Below are positions 19,797-31,419 of a stretch of DNA of 64,000 nucleotides, in pieces; positions within the stretch are counted from its first letter, which is position 1; each line of letters begins with the position of its first letter. A model generated the notes under the pieces. The model was not told the DNA's origin. It saw only the letters and a program-made list of their open reading frames with translations, and searched no databases. Made by a program: the position numbers and the translations under genes. This DNA comes from Myxococcota bacterium. Its GTDB lineage: Bacteria; Myxococcota_A; UBA796; CAJQPC01. The stretch covers positions 27,179 through 91,178 of the forward strand of contig JAZAMN010000014.1 of the NCBI GenBank assembly GCA_036229005.1. Direction: 5' to 3'.

Positions 19797-21790
19797 CAGA
19801 AGCGCCTCGTCAGGGTCAGGCGAGCGACCCGGGGGGCCCCCGCGGTGAAGTGCCGGGCGGGCAGCTCCGAGGCGGTGCTCCCCGCGACCCAGTTGGACGC
19901 GTAGACGAACTCGCCGTCTCGCCACTGGTTGCCCAGGATGTTGTCCACCGAGAGCCCCACGCCCCAGGACTTCCAGGCGACCTGCGCGCGAAGATCGAGC
20001 ACGAACGCCGGGTGTGACGAGAACCCGCCCGGCAGGGGGCGGCGGCCCAGCACCCAGCCCCGGAGGCCGGCGGTCAGGGTGGTGGGGCCCAGGGGCAGGC
20101 CGGTCGCGTAGAGCCCGGAGCTGAGCAGCAGGCGCGGCGCGTAGGGGATGTCGGCGCCGGTCTCGGTGTAGCGGCCCAGGCTCCAGGTCCCGTCCAGCTC
20201 CCAGCGCAGCCGCTCGATGGGGCGCACCTGCAGCCCCGCGTCCACGCCCACCCGCCGGGTCGAGCCGGTGGCCAGGTAGCGGGCCTCCAGGTGGTCGAAC
20301 ACGATCTCGTCGCTCACCCAGGTCGCGAAGCCCGCGCCGCGCCAGGAGAGCCAGGGCAGTGGCGCGCTGCGCAGGCCCAGCTCCATGCTGTCCGAGGTGG
20401 CCATGGGCGCGCGTCCGCTGGCGGTGGTCCCGGCCAGGGTGGGGGAGCGGTAGCCCCGCCCGTAGGCGAGCTGGAGCTGGGTGGCCCGCTCCTCGAAGAG
20501 CTGCAGGCTCAGGCGGGGGGCCAGCGCGGGGGCCCAGGCGCGGATGCCCTCCGGGGCGACCAGGAAGGCGCCGCCGCGCAGCGAAGGCTCCACGCGCAGC
20601 CAGGAGGTGGGGTGGAGGGGGAGGCTGATCCAGCCCTCGGCGCCGGCGCTCACACCGCTCAGGCTCTGCTGGAGCGCGAGCACCTCGCCACCGGTGTCCA
20701 CCGTCGAGGTGCTCTGATCCACGGAGTCCACCCGCAGGCTGCCGCCGCCCAGCAGCACCATCCCGGGTCGCAGGGTGCGGCTCCCGTCGCCCACCAGCCC
20801 GGCGCTCAGTGCCTCGTGCGCCTGCAGCGTGCCGTCGCCGTTCTCCGCGTCGCTCAGGTAGCCCGTGTAGTTCTGGGTGAGCTCCAGCCGCCGCAGGCCC
20901 GCCCAGCCCGTGAGGCTCCACGCGCTGCCCTGGTGGCTCTGGGACAGCTCGGCGGCCGCCAGCACCCGCTGGGACAGCCCCCCGCCAGACCCCGCGTAGG
21001 CGTCGTAGAAGTCCACCTGGTCCGCTGCCAGCATGTCCTCGCGCAGCACACCGGGGCTCTCGAAGTTGCCGTGGTAGGCCAGAGCCCAGATGCGGTGGTC
21101 CACGGAGCCTCGGGTGCCCTCCCAGCCGGCTCCTGCCCGGAGCTGCTGGTAGCCGCGGGACATGCCCACGCCCTGTCCGCCCTCGAGCTCGGCGATCGCG
21201 AAGCTGCCGCTGGGAGCGTCCTTGGGCCGGTAGCTCAGGCTGGCCTCGCCGCTCAGGTCGCTGCCCACGCCCAGGGTGAGCTGGGCTCCGGGCTGCGAGA
21301 GGCCCAGGGAGAAGTCCGCCGAGCCCGCGACCGCGAAGTCGCCTCCTTGTGGCGCGTAGCTGCCAGGGCGCAGCAGCACGCCGGACAGCAGCGCGGTGGG
21401 CAGGAAGTGCAGGTCCAGGTAGCCGTGGGCGTGCACGTTGGAGGGCTCGTTGAGCGGCACGCCCTCCAGGGTCACGGCCAGGTCCGCGCCGTGCACCGCG
21501 TCGAAGCCGCGCAGGAAGTACTGGTAGGCCTTGCCCTCTCCGCCGTGGGCCGACTGGTGCAGCCCCGGCATAGCCCGCAGCACCTGGTCGGCGGAGCGGG
21601 CGGGGAGGGCCTGGATGTCCTGGGCGTCCAGGCTGCGCTCGGAGGCGCTGGAGCGGGTGCGCGGGGCCTGGACGACCAGCACGTCATCGGCGCTCTCGTC
21701 GTCTGAGCTGGGCTCGGCCGCCTGGCTCTGGCTGGCCAGCAGGAGGACGCCGGCCAGCGGGAGGGCGCGGAGGGAGCGGGGCGTGCTCAC
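19796..21790 (-). CDS. TonB-dependent outer-membrane receptor
   Basis: 664 aa with a signal peptide. Plug-like N-terminus (DVLVVQA...IQALPARSADQVLRAMPGL...FLRGF). Long beta-barrel ending ...RLTLTRRF. The GTG start overlaps the nikR stop (GTGA). Confidence 0.85.
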   Translation of the reverse strand: MSTPRSLRALPLAGVLLLASQSQAAEPSSDDESADDVLVVQAPRTRSSASERSLDAQDIQALPARSADQVLRAMPGLHQSAHGGEGKAYQYFLRGFDAVHGADLAVTLEGVPLNEPSNVHAHGYLDLHFLPTALLSGVLLRPGSYAPQGGDFAVAGSADFSLGLSQPGAQLTLGVGSDLSGEASLSYRPKDAPSGSFAIAELEGGQGVGMSRGYQQLRAGAGWEGTRGSVDHRIWALAYHGNFESPGVLREDMLAADQVDFYDAYAGSGGGLSQRVLAAAELSQSHQGSAWSLTGWAGLRRLELTQNYTGYLSDAENGDGTLQAHEALSAGLVGDGSRTLRPGMVLLGGGSLRVDSVDQSTSTVDTGGEVLALQQSLSGVSAGAEGWISLPLHPTSWLRVEPSLRGGAFLVAPEGIRAWAPALAPRLSLQLFEERATQLQLAYGRGYRSPTLAGTTASGRAPMATSDSMELGLRSAPLPWLSWRGAGFATWVSDEIVFDHLEARYLATGSTRRVGVDAGLQVRPIERLRWELDGTWSLGRYTETGADIPYAPRLLLSSGLYATGLPLGPTTLTAGLRGWVLGRRPLPGGFSSHPAFVLDLRAQVAWKSWGVGLSVDNILGNQWRDGEFVYASNWVAGSTASELPARHFTAGAPRVARLTLTRRF

Positions 21791-22194
21791 GCGGGGGCGG
21801 CGCCGCTGATGACCAGCTCACCGGAGAGCACACCCTTCATGGTGGCCAGGTGGTGGGCGTAGTGCTCAAGCTCGCTGCGGGTGCCCTTGAGGGCGGAGAT
21901 CTCCATGCAGGTGTCGTGGTCCAGGTGCACGTGCATGGTGGACATCACGATGTCGTGGTGATCGTGGGCGGCCTCGATCATGCGCTCGGCCAGGGCCCGC
22001 TTGCGGTGATCGAACACCACCGTCAGGCTGCCGGCCACCAGCGTGTCGCTCTGCAGCTCGCTGCGCAGGCGGGCGCGGATCATGTCGCGCAGGGCCTCGC
22101 TGCGGTTGCCGTGGCCGGCCTGGGCCACGTGCTCGTCCAGGCGCTGCAGGAGCTCCCGGTCGATGCTGATGCTGATGCGCTCGATGTCGGCCAT
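21787..22194 (-). CDS. nikR: nickel-responsive regulator NikR
   Basis: Start at internal ATG 22192-22194: MADIERISISIDRELLQRLDEHVAQAGHGNRSEALRDMIR (ribbon-helix-helix). The C-terminal metal site is conserved relative to E. coli NikR (HDHHD; MHVHLDHDTCMEI). Confidence 0.85.
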   Translation of the reverse strand: MADIERISISIDRELLQRLDEHVAQAGHGNRSEALRDMIRARLRSELQSDTLVAGSLTVVFDHRKRALAERMIEAAHDHHDIVMSTMHVHLDHDTCMEISALKGTRSELEHYAHHLATMKGVLSGELVISGAAPA

Positions 22195-22226
22195 CGGTAT
22201 TACTCCGCTCGGGTTTTTCGTATTGT

Positions 22227-22253
22227 GTATTACCAGGAGGGGCTCAGTAATAC
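22227..22253. promoter_or_regulatory. candidate NikR operator GTATTAC-N13-GTAATAC
   Basis: Perfect 7-bp inverted repeat with a 13-bp spacer, 33-59 nt upstream of the nikR ATG. An extra GTATTAC half-site lies at 22197-22203. Confidence 0.5.
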
Positions 22254-22315
22254 TCAAAACAACGCAAGTTGCGCCGCGTTCAGGAGATCCACAGCTCCCG
22301 GGTTAGACGGCCCCC

Positions 22316-23332
22316 ATGCTCACTCGCCCCCCCATGGCCGCCCCCGCTCCGGTGCTCGCCGGTGACCTCTCCCCCGAAGGCGCCGCCCGCCGCCTGATCC
22401 AGGGAGAGCGCCTGCTCATGCGCGGCCGCTACGGCCACGGCGCCGACATCTTCCTGGCCATCGACCAGCTCCTCCCCGAGCCCGGTCCCAAGGCCCCCTA
22501 CGCGGTGCGCCGCGAGCACCTGGCGCGGGTCCGGGCGGCCAAGCTGCGCCTGAGCGTGCCCATCCGGGACCACCAGCTCGCCCTCAAGGGCGCCGCCCCC
22601 ATCGGCTTCCTGCGGGAGCTCTACCCCGAGACCCCGGACTTCGAGCTGGCCCTGCTCCACGCCCAGGAGCTGCGCGGCGCCTGGGAGAAGTACAAGGAGG
22701 GCACCCACCTGCCCGTGCTGGGGCGGCGCCTGCACCCCTTCGCCGGGACCTACCTGCCCACCCGCACCGAGCACCTGGAGCTCTTCGCCACCTGGCTGAG
22801 CGGCTACGACGGCCCCAAGCACCAGGCCATCGACGTAGGCACCGGCGCCGGGGTGCTGGCCTTCCTGCTGGCCCGCGCGGGCTTTGAGCGGGTGCTGGCC
22901 ACGGACGACAACCCCAACGCCATCGAGAGCGTCCAGCGTGACCTCGCGCGGGCCGAGCAGCCCCTCCCCATTGAGCCGCGCCAGGCAGACCTGATGGGTG
23001 AGGATCCGCCTGAGGCCGACCTGGTCGTCTTCAACCCCCCCTGGATCCCGGGCGAGGCCGCCAGCCTGGTCGAGCGCGCGCTCTACTGCCCGCCGGAGCT
23101 GATGCCCCGCTTCTTTGACCGGGCCGTGGAGTGCATGCAGCCGCACACCAAGCTGGTGCTGCTCTACTCCAACATCGGGACCCTGCTGCGCCCGGACCAG
23201 CCCCACCCCATCCAGGCCGAGCTGGAGAAGGGGCGCCTTGTCCTGGAGCAGAAGCTGCGGCGCAAGGTCAAGCCCCCCAAGGGCAAGCGCACGCAGGAGA
23301 AGGTGGAGCTCTGGGTGCTCGCCAAGGCCTGA
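22316..23332 (+). CDS. class I SAM-dependent methyltransferase (NPPW motif)
   Basis: 338 aa. Motif I AIDVGTGAGVLAF and motif IV LVVFNPPWIP. The N-terminal ~150 aa have no recognisable domain. Confidence 0.75.
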   Translation: MLTRPPMAAPAPVLAGDLSPEGAARRLIQGERLLMRGRYGHGADIFLAIDQLLPEPGPKAPYAVRREHLARVRAAKLRLSVPIRDHQLALKGAAPIGFLRELYPETPDFELALLHAQELRGAWEKYKEGTHLPVLGRRLHPFAGTYLPTRTEHLELFATWLSGYDGPKHQAIDVGTGAGVLAFLLARAGFERVLATDDNPNAIESVQRDLARAEQPLPIEPRQADLMGEDPPEADLVVFNPPWIPGEAASLVERALYCPPELMPRFFDRAVECMQPHTKLVLLYSNIGTLLRPDQPHPIQAELEKGRLVLEQKLRRKVKPPKGKRTQEKVELWVLAKA

Positions 23333-23410
23333 TTTCCACCGTCGGGGCCCGGCTCTGCTTGCTACGCTGACTTTTGGTCAGTTACCCAAGCGAGGTCATC
23401 GAGGGTCCAA

Positions 23411-24397
23411 ATGAAGCAGTCCGCCGCGATCCGTCCCGAGCCCAACACCCAGCGCAAGGCCGCCATCGCAGCCGGGGGGGCCATCGACCACGCCGGCAAG
23501 GTGGAGATCCAGGTGATCCCGGACTTCGACCTGGACCGCACCATCTTCCAGACCCTGGAGGGCCGCCTGCCGCGCTACATCATGCGGCACCGGGTGGGGA
23601 AGGAGATCCACTGGGATGCCCAGGCGCGCCAGAGCATCGAGGCCCGCTACCAGGAGGCCTTTGGCCGCGCGCCCCTGCCGCAGATCGAGCCCGAGATCAT
23701 CCGCTTCATGGTCGAGGAGTGCGACTTTGACGTGGAGCACGCCGACGGCAGCTTCCTGGACCACCTGTACTTCTGCTTTGAGTACGCGGTGAAGCACTAC
23801 CCCCAGGAGTCCGCGCTGGTGCAGCTCCTGCACTCCATCCTGGGGACGGGCACCAACACCTTCGCCATGACCGCGGACAAGATCCCGGCGCTCCAAGCGC
23901 TGCTGGAGCCCCAGGTGTTCGCCCAGGTCGAGGCCTTCCCCAGCGTGCTGCGTCTGCTCTACGTGGGGGACCTGCGCCGGGAGCTGTGGGCCAACCTGAG
24001 CCGCCTGGACAAGCTGGAGTCGGTGCAGATGCACCGGGTCATCGACAACGCGCCCATCACCCTGAGCGCGGACCAGCTCTGGGTGGCGCTCAACCACCAG
24101 CTCATCCACTTTGTGGACTTCATGCCGGTGGCCAACTGGCACCGCAACCGCAGCGACACCAGCTACATCCTGTTCCGGGACCTGCACGCCTTCCTCAGCC
24201 GCGCCGGCAAGCTGGACGCCAAGGTGGAGTACACGCCGCCCCAGCCGGGGCCCGTGAGCGGTGAGCCCGCCGACCTGGGGAGCTGGCTCACCCGGCACAT
24301 CCCCGTGGGCGCGGCCGAGAAGATGGCCGCCAAGAGCGTGCAGCGATTCTCCGAGAAGATCGGTCACGAGACGGCGTTCACCCTGAATTTTGGGTGA
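23411..24397 (+). CDS. hypothetical protein
   Basis: 328 aa with ordinary composition and GC3 bias. No motif recognised. Confidence 0.5.
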   Translation: MKQSAAIRPEPNTQRKAAIAAGGAIDHAGKVEIQVIPDFDLDRTIFQTLEGRLPRYIMRHRVGKEIHWDAQARQSIEARYQEAFGRAPLPQIEPEIIRFMVEECDFDVEHADGSFLDHLYFCFEYAVKHYPQESALVQLLHSILGTGTNTFAMTADKIPALQALLEPQVFAQVEAFPSVLRLLYVGDLRRELWANLSRLDKLESVQMHRVIDNAPITLSADQLWVALNHQLIHFVDFMPVANWHRNRSDTSYILFRDLHAFLSRAGKLDAKVEYTPPQPGPVSGEPADLGSWLTRHIPVGAAEKMAAKSVQRFSEKIGHETAFTLNFG

Positions 24398-24406
24398 TCG
24401 ACCCCC

Positions 24407-26155
<1,749 letters not shown>

Positions 26156-26305
26156 CCGGCCTCACAGTCTCTTTGGTAACTCGGATGAAAGCCCCCTCAC
26201 CTTAACGGAGCTGTGGTGTCTCAGGGGGGTGAATGGGCCTTGGTGCTGCATTTCTCAGGGAGGCCCACCGCCTGACATGCTAAGGATCCAGCACTGGAGA
26301 GCACC

Positions 26306-26878
26306 ATGCCCCTGCCCGAGGTCACCACGGCCCTCAAGACCCAGCCCGCCACCCGGCACGCCGAGTCGGAAGCGGCGCCGGCCACCGCGGACGCCCTGCA
26401 GGACCCGCTGGTCGACCCCATGAACAGCGTCGCCAGCATGGCCCCGCCCGTGGAGCAGCCGATCGATGTGATGAGCATCCAGGAGATCCTCCACACCATC
26501 GCCACGTGGATGAGCATCGGGGACCCGGCGCTGCAGCCCCTGTACCAGGGGGCCTTTGGCGGCATCCACGGGCTGGTCAGCGGCTTCGTGGAGCTGGAGG
26601 TCATGACCCGCGCCGGCGTCATGGACCCCCTCAAGGCAGCAGGGCAACGCGTGCACCTGCTCACCATGCTCGACACCTACCTGAGCACCCTCCCGGAGCA
26701 GGACCCGCGCATCGTGGCCTTCAAGGCCAGGGTCAAGCGGGACCTGGCCCAGGCCTGGGAGCGGCGCATCGAGCTGCTCCAGCAGCAGGCGACCGCCGCG
26801 GAGAAGGGGCAGCTCGCCGATGACCGCAAGAGCGTGGCCGCCATCAAGGAGTCCCTGTTCAGCGCGGTGGTCGAGTAG
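26306..26878 (+). CDS. hypothetical protein
   Basis: 190 aa, mostly helical-looking. Lies between the two paralogous kinases. Confidence 0.45.
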   Translation: MPLPEVTTALKTQPATRHAESEAAPATADALQDPLVDPMNSVASMAPPVEQPIDVMSIQEILHTIATWMSIGDPALQPLYQGAFGGIHGLVSGFVELEVMTRAGVMDPLKAAGQRVHLLTMLDTYLSTLPEQDPRIVAFKARVKRDLAQAWERRIELLQQQATAAEKGQLADDRKSVAAIKESLFSAVVE

Positions 26879-26925
26879 CCGCGCGGTCGCGCACCCTTCA
26901 GGCCGCGCCCTTCAGCTCCCGTCGG

Positions 26926-28671
26926 TCAGCTCGCTTCGGTCAGCCGCTCAGGGAGCCGCTCGGCGGTCTGAGCCAGCCTCGCGCGCAGCGCGCTCAGCTC
27001 CACCGGCTTGGACAGGAAGCCGTCCATTCCAGCCGCCAGGGCTTCGCTGCGGTCCTGGGCCATCGTGCTCGCCGACAGCCCGACCACCGGCAGCGACCGG
27101 GTGCGCGGGTCGGCGCGCAGGGCGCGGGTGGCCTGGAGTCCATCCAGAGTGGGCATGTGCAGGTCCATGAGCACCAGATCGACCGCCTCGGCGCGGGCCA
27201 GCGCCACCGCCTCCCGGCCGTCCTGGGCCAGCAGCACCTGGTGCCCGTCCCGCTCCAGCAGCATGCGGATCACCCGCTGGTTCACGGGGTTGTCCTCGGC
27301 CACGAGCACCCTCAGAGCCGGAGCGCGCAGGCTCGGGCAGGTCTGCGCAGGGCAGGGCTCGGAGGCGACCGCTGTGGCGGGGAGTCGCAGGGTGAAGCGG
27401 CTGCCCACGCCGGGGGTGGACACCAGCTCCAGGCTGCCCCCCATCTGCTCGGCCAGGCGGCGGGAGATGGAGAGCCCCAGTCCGGTGCCCCCGTAGCTGC
27501 GCGCCGTGGTGACCTCGGCTTGGACGAAGGGGTCGAAGATGGCGGCCTGCCGATCCGGGGAGATGCCGATGCCTGTGTCTTCGACCGCCAGGATCCACGC
27601 CTCCCCCTCCAGAGACTGGCGCAGGGTCACGCTGCCCGAGGCGGTGAACTTGATGGCGTTGCCCACCAGGTTGAGCAGCACCTGCTGGATGCGCTGGCCG
27701 TCTCCGGAGAGCGCCGCGGGCAGCGTCGGGGCCACCTGCCCGATCAGCGCGAGGCCCTTCTGCTCGGCCTTGGCCCGCTGTAGCCGCAGCACGGCGTCGG
27801 AGAGCGCCTGGGGGGCCACGGGCGCCTGAACGATCTCCAGGAGCCCGGCCTCGGCCTTGGCGCTGTCCAGGATGTCGTTGAGGATGGACAGCAGGAGCTC
27901 GCCGGAGTCCACGATGGTCTCGACGTGCTCGCGGTCCTGGGGGGAGAGCTCGGCGCCGCGGAGCAGCTCCGCTGTGCCCAGCACGCCGCTCAAGGGGGTG
28001 CGGATCTCGTGGCTCATGGCGGCCAGGACCTGGGACTTGGAGCGGCTCTCCGCCTCGGCCACCAGGCGGGCCTCGCGCTCCCCCTGACGCAGGGCCTCGG
28101 CCCGGGACGCCGCCCGCTCGCGGAAGCCGAGCAGCAGCAGCAGCACCCCGCAGGTGGTCAGGAAGTTCTGGACCATGAACAGGCCGTTGAGGCGGTGGTC
28201 CCCGGGGTCGATGTAGGGGGCGAGGCTCTCCTCGAAGAACCAGACAGCCCCCAGCAGCACCCCCAGCGCGACGGTGGCCACGACCCCGTGCGTTCTGCCG
28301 CCCAGCGCGCCCATCGTTGGGGGCAGCATGACCAGGAAGATCAGCCCAGGCGAGTACAGGCCCCCGTCGTGGGTCATGGCCGAGAGTAGCATCAGGCCGC
28401 CCATCACCCCCAGGTAGGCGGCCGCTGGGCCCGCGCGCCGGTACTGGCGAACCAGCACCCACACCAGGGGCAGCGCGAACAGTGCGATCAGGCCCAGGCG
28501 GGCGAGCGCGTGCATGCCCATGGCCAGGTTGGCCACCAGGCTGAGGCCCACCACGATCTCCAGAGCCAGCGCCGCCGCTACGGCAGAGCGGGCGCGCTGC
28601 AGCTCTTCGATCCCGCCGTTGATGGCGGACTCGGGCACGAGCTTCTGGAGCAGGGCTTCGATTCGGTGCAT
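26926..28671 (-). CDS. hybrid sensor histidine kinase/response regulator, paralog of 24407..26155
   Basis: 581 aa with the same architecture. Shared strings include [33 protein letters not shown] and the receiver domain. Confidence 0.9.
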   Translation of the reverse strand: MHRIEALLQKLVPESAINGGIEELQRARSAVAAALALEIVVGLSLVANLAMGMHALARLGLIALFALPLVWVLVRQYRRAGPAAAYLGVMGGLMLLSAMTHDGGLYSPGLIFLVMLPPTMGALGGRTHGVVATVALGVLLGAVWFFEESLAPYIDPGDHRLNGLFMVQNFLTTCGVLLLLLGFRERAASRAEALRQGEREARLVAEAESRSKSQVLAAMSHEIRTPLSGVLGTAELLRGAELSPQDREHVETIVDSGELLLSILNDILDSAKAEAGLLEIVQAPVAPQALSDAVLRLQRAKAEQKGLALIGQVAPTLPAALSGDGQRIQQVLLNLVGNAIKFTASGSVTLRQSLEGEAWILAVEDTGIGISPDRQAAIFDPFVQAEVTTARSYGGTGLGLSISRRLAEQMGGSLELVSTPGVGSRFTLRLPATAVASEPCPAQTCPSLRAPALRVLVAEDNPVNQRVIRMLLERDGHQVLLAQDGREAVALARAEAVDLVLMDLHMPTLDGLQATRALRADPRTRSLPVVGLSASTMAQDRSEALAAGMDGFLSKPVELSALRARLAQTAERLPERLTEAS

Positions 28672-28720
28672 GGGCGCGGGGGGCTCGCCCGGTTGTCGGA
28701 CAATCCCGGCCCAGCTTGAG

Positions 28721-29734
28721 TCAGTATCCGCAGTCCCCGAGCTCCTGGTTGTCGGCGGAGAGCGCCGGGTCTCCCGCGTAGGTCCAGGTGTCGGCGCAGG
28801 TCGTGAACCACAGCGCCTTGTCCTGGTCCAGGATGCGGTAGCTGCCGTCTGTGTTGAACTCGACCACCCAGAAGTTGTCGGCGTCGTAGCGTGTGGCGGC
28901 GACGACGTAGTGGGGGAAGTCGTAGTTCTCCTGGGCCAGCCAGCGGTGCGTGTGCCCGACCAGCGCCATCGCCAGGTTGTCGCGGCCCTGCAGCACCGAG
29001 AACACGTCGGGGTAGGGGCCCTCGGGGTCCTCGTCCTTCTCGGTGATCAGCGGCAGCATGTAGTGCGCCATCCAGACCGTGGGCTTGCCCTCGTCGAGCT
29101 GCTCCGCCATCCAGGCGAGCTGCTCGCGCCCATAGCTGGCCTTGCCCGTGTCGCAGCGGGGGTCCCCAGGGTCCCAGGTGGGCCCCAGCATCGAGTTCGC
29201 CGCGATGAAGCGCCACCCCCCGTGGTCCACCGCGAACCAGGGCTCGGCGTCGAACAGCCTGGCAAAGAGCTGGTGGGAGAACTCCCGGCTCCACCCGCCG
29301 CCCTCGCAGTCCAGCTCGTAGTCGTGGTTGCCCCAGATCGGGTAGACCGGGGCGTCCAGCTTGCCCAGGATGTCCTGCGCGCGGGTGAACCCGGTCTCGT
29401 TGTCCTCGAACCAGCCCAGCTCCTCGGAGTGGTAGCTGTCGTGCACCACGTCCCCGAGCACAAACACCATCTCCACCGGCGGCTCGATGGCGTTGATGGC
29501 CGCGACCGTCGCCTCCGCGCGCTCCACCGTCTTCATGATGGAGGCGTTGTCCAGCTCCCCGTTCTCGGAGGGCTCGGTGTACTGGGGCCCGATGATGTGC
29601 GTGTCCGCGACGAACGCCACGCGGAAGCTGCCGGAGGCCGGCGCGGTGTCCTCGGGGGGCTTGTCGGTGCAGGCGAGCGCGAGCAGGAGCATGCCCGGAG
29701 GGTACACCCCGCGCTTGGGGCCGACACGCAGCAT
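28721..29734 (-). CDS. calcineurin-like metallophosphoesterase lipoprotein
   Basis: 337 aa. Lipobox LLLALAC. Motifs: VADTH, LGDVVHD, GNHD, GHTH. Confidence 0.8.
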   Translation of the reverse strand: MLRVGPKRGVYPPGMLLLALACTDKPPEDTAPASGSFRVAFVADTHIIGPQYTEPSENGELDNASIMKTVERAEATVAAINAIEPPVEMVFVLGDVVHDSYHSEELGWFEDNETGFTRAQDILGKLDAPVYPIWGNHDYELDCEGGGWSREFSHQLFARLFDAEPWFAVDHGGWRFIAANSMLGPTWDPGDPRCDTGKASYGREQLAWMAEQLDEGKPTVWMAHYMLPLITEKDEDPEGPYPDVFSVLQGRDNLAMALVGHTHRWLAQENYDFPHYVVAATRYDADNFWVVEFNTDGSYRILDQDKALWFTTCADTWTYAGDPALSADNQELGDCGY

Positions 29735-29760
29735 TTCCCCCCTCGTGACCCAAGGGTTTC

Positions 29761-30159
29761 GTGCTGCGACTCTTCAACATCGGCGTCTGGTTCACCGCGC
29801 TGGGGCTCGTCTTTCTGGGCCTGCACACCCTGGTCGTCCCGGAGCTCGCTGCGCAGGGCTACGGCCTGGGCCTCTCCGGCGATGCCCCCGGCTGGATGTT
29901 GGCCGCCGGCGCCCGGGATCTGGCGTTGGGCCTGGCCCTGCTCACTCAACGCAAGCGCCCCCAGGTGCTGCTGCCTCTGCTGCTGTGCACGGCGGTGGTG
30001 CCGCTGTCGGATGTGCTGATCGTGTGGAGGGAGACCGGGGTGCTCGCGCGGGCAGTGCCACACCTCACTGGCCTCGTTGGCATCCTGGTCCTCTGTGTCA
30101 TGTGTTGGCGAAAGCGAGGTCACCGGGTTGTAGCCGAGCCGCCGGAGAGCGCCGGTTAG
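29761..30159 (+). CDS. small multi-pass membrane protein
   Basis: 132 aa with a GTG start and about four hydrophobic helices. Confidence 0.5.
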   Translation: MLRLFNIGVWFTALGLVFLGLHTLVVPELAAQGYGLGLSGDAPGWMLAAGARDLALGLALLTQRKRPQVLLPLLLCTAVVPLSDVLIVWRETGVLARAVPHLTGLVGILVLCVMCWRKRGHRVVAEPPESAG

Positions 30160-30180
30160 CCCTCCTCTCCCGGAGGCCCG

Positions 30181-31419
30181 ATGATCCCGCTGCTGCTGTC
30201 CCTTCTCGCCTGCAACCGCACCCAGCCGGAGAGCCCGGTGGTGCAGGACTCGGACACCGGGCCCTTCTACGCGCCCGCGGTGGACTGCGGGGAGCGCGTG
30301 CTGCCGGAGCAGGGGACGCTCTACCGCTGGCCCTACCTCCAGAATCCTCAGCCTGACGGGATCACCGTCATGTGGGGCACCACCGCCGAGCGCAGCGCGA
30401 CCCTGCTGTGGGGGGCGGACGCCAGCCTGGGGGAGCGGGCCACGCCGCAGGTACAGGCCATCACCGACCTGGACCCGCTGATGAACCTGCAGCACGTCAC
30501 CCTGAGCGGGCTGGAGCCCGGCACCACCTACTGCTACGGCCTCGAGGTGGACGGGCAGGTCGTGGCCAGCGGGCTCAGCTTCCAGACCGCCCCGGAGAGC
30601 CCCCGGGCCCCGCTGCGCTTCATCGCGCTGGGCGACTACGGCAACGGCAGCCCCGAGCAGATGGCGGTGCTGGAGGCCATCAAGCGGCACAGCGACGGCG
30701 TGCACTTCTGGGTGACCCTGGGCGACAACGCCTACACGGATGGCCTGCACCCGGAGTTCCAGGAGAAGGTGTTCGCCGTCTACCAGGAGCTGTGGCTGGA
30801 CACGCCCGTGATGCCCACCCCCGGGAACCACGACTGGCGCGCGGGGAACCTGACCCCCTACCAGGACAACTTCACGGTCCCCCGCATGGTCGCCGAGCGC
30901 GACGAGCAGGAGGCCTACTACATCTGGCAGTGGGGCGCGCTGGAGCTGCTGGCCCTGGACTCCGCGGACTCGCTGCTCAACGTCAGCGCCCAGGACGGCG
31001 ACGAGCTGGACTGGCTGGACCAGGTGCTGGCCACCGAGCAGGAGCGCTGGCGCATCGCGGCCTGGCACCACCCCGCCTACACCGGCCAGCCGAACCGGAC
31101 CCCGGAGCTGCAGGTGGTCCTGGGCCTGCGGCCCGCCGTCGAAGAGGCGGGGGTCCCCCTGATCCTGACCGGCCACAACCACATGTACGAGCGCTTCTCC
31201 AACGTGAAGGCGGACCAGAAGGTGGAGCAGGGGAGCACCTTCATCACCAGCGGGGGCGGCGGCGCCAGCCTCTACGAGATCGGCCCGAACGAGCTGCTGG
31301 ACGTGAACGCCCAGGCCCACCACTTCCTGCTGGTGGATGTGGACGCCTGCACCATCCGGCTGCGGGCGATCTCGTCGGAGGACGCGGTGCTGGATGACTG
31401 GAGCACCACGCGCTGCTGA
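30181..31419 (+). CDS. purple-acid-phosphatase-like metallophosphoesterase lipoprotein
   Basis: 412 aa. Lipobox LLLSLLAC. N-terminal fibronectin-like segment (ITVMWGT...TYCY). Motifs: GDYG, LGDNAY, GNHD, GHNHMYER. Confidence 0.8.
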   Translation: MIPLLLSLLACNRTQPESPVVQDSDTGPFYAPAVDCGERVLPEQGTLYRWPYLQNPQPDGITVMWGTTAERSATLLWGADASLGERATPQVQAITDLDPLMNLQHVTLSGLEPGTTYCYGLEVDGQVVASGLSFQTAPESPRAPLRFIALGDYGNGSPEQMAVLEAIKRHSDGVHFWVTLGDNAYTDGLHPEFQEKVFAVYQELWLDTPVMPTPGNHDWRAGNLTPYQDNFTVPRMVAERDEQEAYYIWQWGALELLALDSADSLLNVSAQDGDELDWLDQVLATEQERWRIAAWHHPAYTGQPNRTPELQVVLGLRPAVEEAGVPLILTGHNHMYERFSNVKADQKVEQGSTFITSGGGGASLYEIGPNELLDVNAQAHHFLLVDVDACTIRLRAISSEDAVLDDWSTTRC

